Shown: piece by piece, positions 53,741 through 63,023 of the stretch
Layout: each line of letters begins with the position of its first letter
How positions within the stretch are numbered: position 1 is the stretch's first letter
NCBI GenBank assembly: GCA_003707115.1
Contig: PPNB01000033.1
Span: forward strand, 1 to 64,000
Direction: 5' to 3'
Length of the DNA stretch: 64,000 nt
Source of the DNA: Tortispora ganteri
Taxonomy: Eukaryota
Program-made: the position numbers and the translations under genes
The notes under the pieces: model-generated
The model's input: only the letters and a program-made list of their open reading frames with translations
Told to the model about the DNA's origin: nothing
Database searches by the model: none

Positions 53741-54436
53741 TCATTGTATTTCCGATACGTGATCAGGTTCGTGGAAAGTAGGGGAGCAATGTGCTAATGT
53801 GACTCTTTTGTGATTTCTACCTCTAAGAGAGAGGTTCTGAAGCCAGGCAAAAAATTGAGGAGCAACAAAGAGGTACGCTGATATGGCGACGAGAGCAACT
53901 AGCGCGATTATAGATGTGAGTGATCTGGGCACCAGGCCAAAGAGTAGTGGGTCGAAAGCAATGTCAAACGTTAGTAGCTGAGGCACAGTAGATAAAGAGA
54001 GATTGAACGGTACGTATGTGGGTGTAAAAGTCAAGGTTAGCATGTAATTGTCAGATTGAACTTTTAAGTCGCAGGGCGGAGACGCTGGTAGACTGACACG
54101 CAGGGAATAGCGGTTCGCGGGGATGCGATCTGTAGCGTAGCGACGCACTACTGGCCTAGGTAGATACACATCAGTCATGTTAGGGTCTAACAGTGCGTTA
54201 TCAGGATAGGAGATGTTATCATAATATGCATGCTTATCATAAATCAGCGAAACCATGTCTGTGAATGTTAAAGGGTATACTGCAGCCAAAGACGGGCTAA
54301 CTTTGATCGGGAAAATGGGGGAATCATTGGGCGGCAGCAGGGCTGGAGGGTCGCTAGAAGTACCAACAAACTCCACTGTAATAATCTCAGTGTTCGCTAA
54401 AACATAAGTGATAAATATAGGTACCAGAAGTAGCAT
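53741..54436 (-). CDS. PGA1: Pga1-like subunit of GPI mannosyltransferase II
   Basis: Signal peptide then ANTE; YSLRVSLPASPP (cf. Y.I.VCW.A..P); DP.LFGLVPRSL followed by one TM helix. ATG at 54436. Confidence 0.6.
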   Translation of the reverse strand: MLLLVPIFITYVLANTEIITVEFVGTSSDPPALLPPNDSPIFPIKVSPSLAAVYPLTFTDMVSLIYDKHAYYDNISYPDNALLDPNMTDVYLPRPVVRRYATDRIPANRYSLRVSLPASPPCDLKVQSDNYMLTLTFTPTYVPFNLSLSTVPQLLTFDIAFDPLLFGLVPRSLTSIIALVALVAISAYLFVAPQFFAWLQNLSLRGRNHKRVTLAHCSPTFHEPDHVSEIQ

Positions 54437-54533
54437 TTTTGTGGGTTTGCCAAAAATTAAGAAGGTGAATGTAACGGAAGACAAAGATGAAGTAACGTGA
54501 GATGGGAGTTGGTGTTCTAGAAATCGTCAAACC

Positions 54534-55067
54534 ATGTCTGTAGACGAAGCAACATTTGTCCGTGCTTATTTAAGCCTCTTGAATAGTAAATCTATTGGCT
54601 CGCGTACATTTGATGGTGGCGCTCCAGAAATTTTGCCGCCGCTAGATAATATGAAAGCGCAGGCGATCGACCAGAACACCGATGACTGCCTAGTGTCAGT
54701 GAGTGTTAAGACATTGCGGCCGCCTGTTAAGTCCACAGAAATAACTCTGAAGCCTACAGACACTGTGTTTTATTTGAAAGAGCAACTGAAAAAAGTGGCT
54801 GGCTTTGAGAATGTTCTCAAATTGTTGATTAAGGGAAAAGTTCTCAAAGATTCGATGCAGATCAGAGAGGCGTATGATGGCACGTCAACAATCATAGCGA
54901 TGTTGGGTACTACTCCAACTGCTAACGAAATGAAGATGCAATCTTGTGCACAATTTGAGATGACGGACAAAGTCTGGAGCGAAATTCGCAATTGTCTCGT
55001 CAAATCGGATAATGTTCCGAACAACGCTGTCGATGATATACTGCAGCGATTGAAGCAAAACTGGTGA
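54534..55067 (+). CDS. MDY2: Get5/Mdy2 ubiquitin-like GET-pathway protein
   Basis: EATFVRAYLSLL Get4-binding helix, UBL (KLLIKGKVLKD), W.EI...L...L..W dimerisation tail. Confidence 0.82.
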   Translation: MSVDEATFVRAYLSLLNSKSIGSRTFDGGAPEILPPLDNMKAQAIDQNTDDCLVSVSVKTLRPPVKSTEITLKPTDTVFYLKEQLKKVAGFENVLKLLIKGKVLKDSMQIREAYDGTSTIIAMLGTTPTANEMKMQSCAQFEMTDKVWSEIRNCLVKSDNVPNNAVDDILQRLKQNW

Positions 55068-55277
55068 CAATGGGTTCTCAAAACATGATACATATATTTT
55101 ATGATCTATTTACTGTATAGTTATAATACAATGAACCCCTGGAATGTGAATAAAGACACTTATAATCTGCTGCAAGCTCTGCAGCCTGTAGAAATGGTGT
55201 CGCCGTTGCTATGAGACAGGTCACAGAGATCGATATTAATACTGACCGTCAAAGTACTCCATACCATATAACTCGTA

Positions 55278-56333
55278 ATGTTCAATTTGCACGCCTTCCA
55301 TAATCCTAATCAGAAGTTTCACGACTATTTCCGATGCTACCCGATATCTATGATGGCTGGTCCGTCAAGAGAGTCGCTGAACTACGGTGGTAAAATTATC
55401 TTACCACCGAGTGCGCTGGATAGATTGTCTCGCCTCAATATCACGTATCCTATGCTGTTTGAACTCAAGAACGAATTCTCTGGAAAGATTACATATTCTG
55501 GTGTTCTTGAGTTTATAGCTGAAGAGGGAAGGGTCTATTTGCCTAACTGGATGCTTAGATCTTTAGGACTAGGCTCTGGCGAACTCATAGTTATCGAATC
55601 TGCTACTTTAATGCAAGGTTCGTTTTTGAAAATACAGCCTCAATCAACTGATTTTCTCGATATTTCTGACCCAAAAGCTGTATTGGAAAATTCTCTCAGG
55701 AACTTTAGTACACTCACTGTTGACGATATCTTTGAAATATCTTATAATGATCATATCTACGCTATCAAAGTGCTGGAAGTAAGACCGGAATCAGATTCTC
55801 ACTCGATATCGGTTGTGGAGACTGACATAGAAGTTGATTTTGCCCCGCCCGTGGGCTACGTCGAGCCAAATCCTGCATCCAGTATATCTACAGCTGCTTC
55901 GCGAAGTATGACGCCAGCAATTAATACGCCTGGTGCTATGGCTGCCACAATAGGCTACAACGATATGCTGGCATCTGCTTCGCAATCTTCTCTATCGTCG
56001 TTTCAAGGCCAGGGCCAACGTTTGTCTGGCCGATCACGATCCGTTATACCTTCACCAGCATCTACTGATGCTAAACCAGCTACCGTATCTGCACATCTGC
56101 AAGCCGATAGCACGCCTCTGCCTCTGAATTTGAGCTACGGTACTTTCTTTTTTGGGTTTCCGATAATCCCTGTGCCAGCTGAAACGAGCAACGACGATAC
56201 TCCGGAACTGTCTGAGTCGCAGGTATTCGCAGGCGTCGGCCAGAGTCTTCGCACGAACCGTAAACGCAAAGAGAGCAGTGAACAGTCTAGAAGAGTACGC
56301 CAGCACTCCGCAGACGCTATCGAAGTCGATTGA
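55278..56333 (+). CDS. UFD1: Cdc48 cofactor Ufd1
   Basis: FRCYP, YGGKIILPPSAL, YPMLFEL, GVLEFIAEEG, DFAPPVGY, two SHP boxes (FQGQGQRL, FAGVGQSL). Confidence 0.97.
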   Translation: MFNLHAFHNPNQKFHDYFRCYPISMMAGPSRESLNYGGKIILPPSALDRLSRLNITYPMLFELKNEFSGKITYSGVLEFIAEEGRVYLPNWMLRSLGLGSGELIVIESATLMQGSFLKIQPQSTDFLDISDPKAVLENSLRNFSTLTVDDIFEISYNDHIYAIKVLEVRPESDSHSISVVETDIEVDFAPPVGYVEPNPASSISTAASRSMTPAINTPGAMAATIGYNDMLASASQSSLSSFQGQGQRLSGRSRSVIPSPASTDAKPATVSAHLQADSTPLPLNLSYGTFFFGFPIIPVPAETSNDDTPELSESQVFAGVGQSLRTNRKRKESSEQSRRVRQHSADAIEVD

Positions 56334-56689
56334 TTGATAATACACCATGTAGGTCGCGTTCTCAAAGTTACACTCTGCGAACTTTATTTTCCCGATACGG
56401 AAACCACTATCAGGAACGTGCGCAACACCCGTTTCCCCATACATCACAATATCGCCTACCCTTTGCCCCGTCATTCGCCTACAAAACTATTCACCGATAA
56501 TAAGGGCACCAATCCGTGTAGATCTCGTTTCAGTTTTTTAAGGAACAGATAAATCAGTACGGTTTCCATTGTGATTCATTCTGTGTTGTCATTTCTATCG
56601 CAGTAAGGATAAGATAACTCACCCTCTCACGTCTACTTGACCTCGTTGTTTTCCTATAGCAGTGGGTTAAACCCGTGTTTTACCGCCAT

Positions 56690-57567
56690 ATGAAAGTAAG
56701 TAAATTATCGCATCCCCCAAACCTTTGAAATAAGCACTAACAGTAATCCAGTACGTTGAGCTGCGCGATTTAGACATAATCAATCAGGCACTGAGATTCG
56801 ATGCCCCGGATTGCCGAGTCAAAGGAGGTTGTGATCTGTACACTACTAAATCAGCCGGTAACGATAAGAAACTGTATAAGGCTATCGATGAACATCTAGA
56901 CAACCTACGCGATAATGATGTAGGCCAGCCGATTGTTTCTCCTCCTGGATCGCTCAACGAGTCGACAATGGATAGCTACCTTCTGGGATCCAGCTTAACT
57001 TCTTTAAGCAGCCGCAGAGGAAGCCGATCCTCAGATTCCGGACCCGCGAGCAACGAACTTTCCGCTTCTGTTGGTTCCTCCCCATTTGGGCCCTTAGACC
57101 AAGTTTCGTCTCGGAGAACTTTCGCATATCTCATTGCTGTCCTGAATGCTTCGCATCCTGATCACGATTTTTCGACGCTTCGTCCTGTAGACTTCAAGCG
57201 CGAACGCAATGTTAGTCAAGTAATTAATGCATTCAATAATGCACTCTTTGGTCTGGGCATGCCTGTACCTCCGACTCTATGGGACATCGTGGATGACCAT
57301 ATTGATCTGAAAGAATCCGCAATTTATTCATACCAGCCTTCAGCATCTTTTCTAGCAGATGAACCATCGACGTTATGGTCTATGATGTGGTTCTTCTTTA
57401 ACAAGCGACGGAAACGTGTTGCATATATCTACTTAAAGACAGTTCGTTTACATTCTCCACTGTACGCAAAGCATCCGGATGGAGATGACGCCAGTATTAG
57501 CGATGCAAGCGGGTACGAACTGAATAACTATGAAGATGGAGTGGTTGGTGATCTTGAAATGAATTGA
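56690..57567 (+). CDS. MAF1: Pol III repressor Maf1. Exon 1 56690-56695 (MK), intron 56696-56751, exon 2 56752-57567
   Basis: ATGAAA|GTAAGT...CACTAAC...CAG|TAC gives MKYVE...GGCDLYTTK..DKKLYK, in frame with PFGPL, SRRTFAYLIA.LNAS.PDHDFS, FFFNKRRKRV. Confidence 0.95.
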
Positions 57568-57694
57568 TCTGTGTATTTTTCTTGTATGAATATAATGTAT
57601 TAATATTTTGCTCCGTTCTTTTCGTATATATATTAGTAGCTGAGGTCTTGAAATCCTCCAATGCAAGATATATCTCTTATATATACTATAAATG

Positions 57695-60223
57695 TCATGA
57701 TCGTACCACTTGACGTCGGGACCCTAAAGTGTACTTCATGAAATTTCTCGAGAGGTTCTTTTTCACGCTTAACTTTTGAGCGCCGATAAATGAATCAATA
57801 GCTACTTTAATAGCACGATCAATATCACCGGCTGAAACGTACTCCGACAGCCTCATACGTGCAAATGCCTCCGCACTTCTAAGAATCGATTCCAGATGCC
57901 TCACTGTAATTGGAAATGCACCAGTAGCCAATGACTCGCGTCGCATGTCTGCATATACTCGCGAAATTTTATCCTCGTCGATCTGCTGAAGCTTTGGCGT
58001 AACTCTAGTTCTCGCATAGTAGATATATTTCATTAGCAATTTCTGATCTATAGGAGAACGAGGCAGCGGTGCGGAGTGATCAGTAGTATCTTCGTTATCC
58101 AAATCTTCTAGATTCTTCCTTGCCGGGTGTGATCGCTCATGAGAAGCGACAACGAAAGATGCCAAATTCTGATCTGCCGTCGGATTCGAAATATCCTTCA
58201 CCACGCAAAGAATATCAAAACGAGACAGAATCGGTTCAGTCAAATCAACATTTTGTGAAAATGGGATTGTAGAATTGTAGTGTCCCATCTTAGGATTGGC
58301 CGCAGCAATAATACCGCAGCGCGCTTGTAATGTGGTGACAATACCTGCTTTCGATATAGAAATTGACTGTTGCTCCATGGCTTCGTGAATAGATGTGCGG
58401 TCTTGATCGTTCATTTTATCAAATTCATCAATTAAACACGTGCCCTGATCCGCTAGTACTAAAGCGCCACCTTCCAAGGTCCACTCATTGGAAGCAGGAT
58501 CTTTTCTTACAGATGCAGTTAGACCCACAGCTGAAGCACCTTGCCCAGTGGCAAAAACTGAACGATATGCTGTCTTCTCAGCATACTTAAGGAATTGAGA
58601 CTTTGCTGTTCCGGGGTCACCGAGAAGCAATACGTTTATATCTCCTCTAATCGAATGCTTTCCATTGACATTCTTTGAGACACCACCAAAAAGAGAGCAA
58701 GCGATAGCAGTTTTGATATCTCTATGCCCATAAATAGACGGCGCTATAGATGATATAATTTTGTCAATGATATCCGGGTCCTTAGACAAGTTTTTAATTT
58801 CTTGCTCATCAGTAGCAGTGCAGGCAATTTTTTCAGATCGTCCTTCGCCACGTAGAATTAAGTTGGCTTCAATTGCAGTTGCAAATACTGGGAATCCATT
58901 CTTAGCATTCAGGTTTCCATCGTAGATATTCTTGTATATGCCAGTTATATCAAGCTCATCGCCTGGTTTAGCAGAGTCGATGAGATCAGCCAGAAGAATT
59001 ACTTCCCTATGTCGAGGCAATCTGCCTGCTGGAACACTTCCAGGGGATTCTTGAAATGTTATCTTCTGATAATTTGAATATACTGTTTGCTGAGTATTAA
59101 CAAGGAACGGTCCGCGTGATTCACAAACGTGGCAAAATGACGGTTTAACTTCGTCGTGGTCAGAATCCTGAAAAAATGGCCCCAACACAGCATGACACTT
59201 CTGACAATCAAATTTAATGTATTGTAGTTGTGGAAATACGTTAGATCGACGTGTTACAACTCCGGACACGCGTATGAGAGTATTCAGTTGTGCTTCTCTG
59301 AGGTCACGGAGGCTGTAACTAACTGGCAAATCCGATACGCGGACATGAATTTGCGAATGTATGCGTTCATAATCAGGGTAGTAGAATTTGACAACATCCA
59401 TTGCAACTTCATCAAAGATGCGTAAAATCTGGCTAGGAGCATCAACAAGAAAATATGCCAATACTGCTCTAGATTCAGCTAAATGGTTATATGAAATAAC
59501 CAGCGATTCAGAATTCTCAGCTCCTAAGTCTGTAATACGTGCACCGTAAACTGATTGCCCATTTTCGTCAGTATATTCCAGCAGGAATCTATGAAACTGA
59601 GTAGAAATTCCACGAGCGACGGAGGGTACTGAAATCCATTCCGGGAGGTTGGTCGCTTTAACATCTGCCAATGCTTCTAAAGACATTTCTTCATTCTCTG
59701 CATCAAACTCCATATCTAAATCACTGTCATCTTCGTAAGCAGCTCGTCTTCGGCGCCGTGTTGTAGGCGGAGCTGCATCGTCGTCAAGCTCGTCAAACAT
59801 TGTCAATCCCTGTCTGCGCATCATTACGCGGTCGCGAATATTTAGTACTTGATCAACTTCACGCCTTTCACGAGCACTCAATTCTCGATGTTCAGTGTTG
59901 TCATCAATATATCGCGCTGATAAATTGTAGTGGTCACGAGAATTATCTGAATTGTAATCCTTTTCGAAATCGTCCGCAAAAAGATCTTGACCGTCTCTCT
60001 CTTCAGCGCGCTCATCTTGCGCGTCTAAAGCGTCTAAGTCAGACAGTTCTTCAGAAATGATATCGTCTTCATATAAATCGTCATCAACAGCGGTATTCTC
60101 TACATTGTGCCTGTACTGTTCAGCGATCGTTGATGCATTATCAGCAGGGGATTCAGGAGGGGTACTCGCAATTCGGCTTCCGTCGCCCTCAGATGGTGAT
60201 GCTGATCTTTTACGCGAGGACAT
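57695..60223 (-). CDS. MCM2: Replicative helicase subunit Mcm2
   Basis: Acidic N-terminus, QESPGSVPAGRLPR, GDPGTAKSQ, IDEFDKM, SRFD. Confidence 0.98.
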   Translation of the reverse strand: MSSRKRSASPSEGDGSRIASTPPESPADNASTIAEQYRHNVENTAVDDDLYEDDIISEELSDLDALDAQDERAEERDGQDLFADDFEKDYNSDNSRDHYNLSARYIDDNTEHRELSARERREVDQVLNIRDRVMMRRQGLTMFDELDDDAAPPTTRRRRRAAYEDDSDLDMEFDAENEEMSLEALADVKATNLPEWISVPSVARGISTQFHRFLLEYTDENGQSVYGARITDLGAENSESLVISYNHLAESRAVLAYFLVDAPSQILRIFDEVAMDVVKFYYPDYERIHSQIHVRVSDLPVSYSLRDLREAQLNTLIRVSGVVTRRSNVFPQLQYIKFDCQKCHAVLGPFFQDSDHDEVKPSFCHVCESRGPFLVNTQQTVYSNYQKITFQESPGSVPAGRLPRHREVILLADLIDSAKPGDELDITGIYKNIYDGNLNAKNGFPVFATAIEANLILRGEGRSEKIACTATDEQEIKNLSKDPDIIDKIISSIAPSIYGHRDIKTAIACSLFGGVSKNVNGKHSIRGDINVLLLGDPGTAKSQFLKYAEKTAYRSVFATGQGASAVGLTASVRKDPASNEWTLEGGALVLADQGTCLIDEFDKMNDQDRTSIHEAMEQQSISISKAGIVTTLQARCGIIAAANPKMGHYNSTIPFSQNVDLTEPILSRFDILCVVKDISNPTADQNLASFVVASHERSHPARKNLEDLDNEDTTDHSAPLPRSPIDQKLLMKYIYYARTRVTPKLQQIDEDKISRVYADMRRESLATGAFPITVRHLESILRSAEAFARMRLSEYVSAGDIDRAIKVAIDSFIGAQKLSVKKNLSRNFMKYTLGSRRQVVRS

Positions 60224-60349
60224 TTACAATTGGCAAAAGCGAATGAAGGTCTTAGGAAATAATGCAAAGAAGAATTCGTACTTTTCAGAATTAAAAAAAA
60301 GGTGAAAAGCGTAACAATGAAGGGGGTTAAATGAGAAATACCGTGCAGT

Positions 60350-60395
60350 ACGCGAGAGTTAAAACTCTAAACTTTCTTCTTTTTATTTCACGCGA
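60350..60395. promoter_or_regulatory. MCB-like ACGCGA sites in the MCM2/UBR7 divergent promoter
   Basis: ACGCGA at 60350-60355 and 60390-60395. Confidence 0.4.
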
Positions 60396-60413
60396 CTTGC
60401 AGTTACCGTTACT

Positions 60414-61769
60414 ATGTCAAAAGACATCAGCGATATTAGTCTTCCAACTTTCGAGCCGATATTCAGCGAAACGGACATGGACAAAATTAAAGAGGATGGC
60501 GAAGTTACTGCACTGGAAGTATTAGAGGAACAATTAAGGCTTGAACGCGAAGCGCGAGAGGTCATGCCTTATGATCCAAAGGAGTGTACTCATACACTTG
60601 GAAGCATCAGGCAACTAGTATTCGCCTGTTTGACGTGTAATAGCACAGACAACACACGCGCTGGGGTCTGTTATTCATGCAGTATTCAATGCCATGCTGA
60701 TCATGAAATTGTAGAGCTGTTCGGAAAGCGCGAATTTACCTGCGATTGTGGCACAGATAGGCTGCCTTCATTTGGGGGGTGTAACCTAAGGAAGAATTAC
60801 ACTGATTTGTCTATAGCATCTCGCGATAACAGATACAACCATAATTACGACGGTAGATTCTGCTCGTGCAATACGAAATACGATCCAGAAACAGATAATT
60901 CCGTATTCTATCAGTGCACGCTTGGTGACGCATGTGGCGAAGATTGGTATCATGAACACTGCTTGTTAGGAGACGAGGTTATCGTATCAGATTCTGATGT
61001 GACTAGCCAAGGGCTGCAGATCATTATTGAAGAAACAGAAATGCCTCTTGAATCAAGCCCTGATACTGCTACAGGTAAAAATGTGCTCCCGAAACTACAA
61101 GACCCGACCCGTACAGAAACGATAATCGACTCCACCAAAGAATCAATACAGCTCAAAACCTCAAATCACACTTTACCAGATTCTGAAGATTTTGACTCTT
61201 TGATTTGTTGGAAATGTGTGGAAAAAAATCCCATACTTCGCAAATGGAATGGTCTCGCTGGCGTAGCGTATCCAGCACTGATTCGAAATGTCAACAATCA
61301 GTCTATAAAACGCAAATGTTCTGACGATTTAGATCTGGTTACTGTCAAGCGTACTAAATTGAATGAATATGGAATAAATTTGAACCAAGCTGATAAGAAC
61401 ACATGCAAACTGCCTCAAAAAATCGAAGGTACCAATAGCGAAATGTCATTGTTACTGATGCATGGGTTTCGCAACCATGTTTGCCGGTGCGCAAACTGTT
61501 TATCATTCCTGGTGAGACATCCCGTGCTATTAGAAGAGGAAATAACTTACGAGCCGCCAGAAGATAATGATGAAAGCTCTGTCTACGAAGCAGGTATGCG
61601 AGCCCTTACAAACCTAACACATGTATCTGCAATGGAAACCTTAAATGCATATAACATGTTAAAAAGTCGCATCTCTGATTTTCTGCTTCCTTTTGCCGAA
61701 CAAGGGAAGGTAGTTACTGCTGAAGATATTACTCGATTCTTTGAATTAATTAAATCAGAACCGAGGTGA
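60414..61769 (+). CDS. UBR7: UBR-box/PHD protein, UBR7/Mlo2 family
   Basis: RQLVFACLTC, VCYSCSIQCH.H, ELFGKREFTCDCG, N.YNHNY.GRFC.C, CGEDWYH, FL.PFAE.GKVVT.EDI. Confidence 0.9.
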   Translation: MSKDISDISLPTFEPIFSETDMDKIKEDGEVTALEVLEEQLRLEREAREVMPYDPKECTHTLGSIRQLVFACLTCNSTDNTRAGVCYSCSIQCHADHEIVELFGKREFTCDCGTDRLPSFGGCNLRKNYTDLSIASRDNRYNHNYDGRFCSCNTKYDPETDNSVFYQCTLGDACGEDWYHEHCLLGDEVIVSDSDVTSQGLQIIIEETEMPLESSPDTATGKNVLPKLQDPTRTETIIDSTKESIQLKTSNHTLPDSEDFDSLICWKCVEKNPILRKWNGLAGVAYPALIRNVNNQSIKRKCSDDLDLVTVKRTKLNEYGINLNQADKNTCKLPQKIEGTNSEMSLLLMHGFRNHVCRCANCLSFLVRHPVLLEEEITYEPPEDNDESSVYEAGMRALTNLTHVSAMETLNAYNMLKSRISDFLLPFAEQGKVVTAEDITRFFELIKSEPR

Positions 61770-61982
61770 TTCGATTAGCCGTCAATCGGCAGATATAGTA
61801 TTCGGCAATATGAAGTGCAATTTTTAGTTATGCGATCGGTGATATTTCCTCATTGAGAAATGCCGCACGAGAGCGGAACTTTAAATCGAACGGTTTTCTG
61901 AAGGGGAACTCCTGCTTTACATAATTCATTGTATTTAACGACTCTTCTTACGACATATCTTTGTGCAGAACGAAGATTTACT

Positions 61983-62645
61983 ATGAGTGATAACTTTTCA
62001 AAACTATCAGACAGAGATATATCCGTTATTGATCAGGTGTTTGATCCTGAAGGAGGTGGAGGGATTAAGAGTGTGGTGGTCCCCGATATTGACGTATCGT
62101 TCGTCAACGAAGGCGTTAATATTGCAGAAGCTCGGGAAGCAGAAGAAGCTGCAGTAAGAGCAGCAGAATCGGGTGATATTGATCGAGCATTGACTAATAT
62201 CAACGAGCTACTTGAGAAGTATCCTAATTACGCCAGTGCATATAACAACAGAGCGCAGATCAGAAGAATGAAAGGTGAAGTCGACAAAGCTCTTATCGAC
62301 CTATATGAATGCCTAAAACATGCTAGACCCGAAGTTTTAAAAGAAGCTCCCGAAACACAATACATACCAAGCGGATCTGTGCCTGCACGAATTCCCTCAA
62401 ATCAAGTTCTGATACTGTCGCAAGCGCATGCACAGCTTGGTAGCATATATATGAGCAAAGCCTCTGACTTAAGCGAAGACGAAGGATGGAGTCTGAAAGC
62501 CCAGGCTAGCAAGCACTTTGCAGCAAGTGGAGTGTATGGCAATGAAATTAGTCGAAAACTGGCTACAGCCATAAATCCATATGCCCGACTCTGTGGCAGT
62601 ATCGTAAAACAGGCGCTAGAGCAAGAGATATGCGGCGGCCAATAA
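61983..62645 (+). CDS. TTC36: TPR protein of the TTC36 family
   Basis: D..VIDQVFDPE, AESGD...AL, YASAYNNRAQIRR, F...G.YG, NPYARLC match TTC36 blocks as recalled. ATG at 61983. Confidence 0.85.
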   Translation: MSDNFSKLSDRDISVIDQVFDPEGGGGIKSVVVPDIDVSFVNEGVNIAEAREAEEAAVRAAESGDIDRALTNINELLEKYPNYASAYNNRAQIRRMKGEVDKALIDLYECLKHARPEVLKEAPETQYIPSGSVPARIPSNQVLILSQAHAQLGSIYMSKASDLSEDEGWSLKAQASKHFAASGVYGNEISRKLATAINPYARLCGSIVKQALEQEICGGQ

Positions 62646-62704
62646 GCTTATCGCGCCCAGCGACAACCTATCCATTGATCTATTAATCAAAAAGTAGTAT
62701 ATTT

Positions 62705-62953
62705 CGGAAAGATCGGAATACAGCGGATGTAGTATAATCTATAGCTTAGAGCAAAAATTGAACCATTCACAGTCTTGAAATATCACTGATCACGTATTAG
62801 GTCTTCTAGGAAGCCCCCGCATATTATGAGGATCGGCAGGACGAGTATAATCAAATTAAGGTTGCTTATTAGCACGAATGCCGCCAAGAGCCGTACATAC
62901 GGAAACGGGGAGAAAGATTCGGCTTCGCAATCATGCGGTTAGCAATTATATAA
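62705..62953 (+). promoter_or_regulatory. HPD promoter: CGG triplets and TATA box
   Basis: CGG at 62705, 62714 and 62724 plus further CGGs; TATATAA at 62947-62953. Confidence 0.5.
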
Positions 62954-63023
62954 GGGTTGTTTATTTTCTCTTCTTCATCACTGCAACTTCTTGATTACAA
63001 AAGCATCTTTATAAATTTCAACA

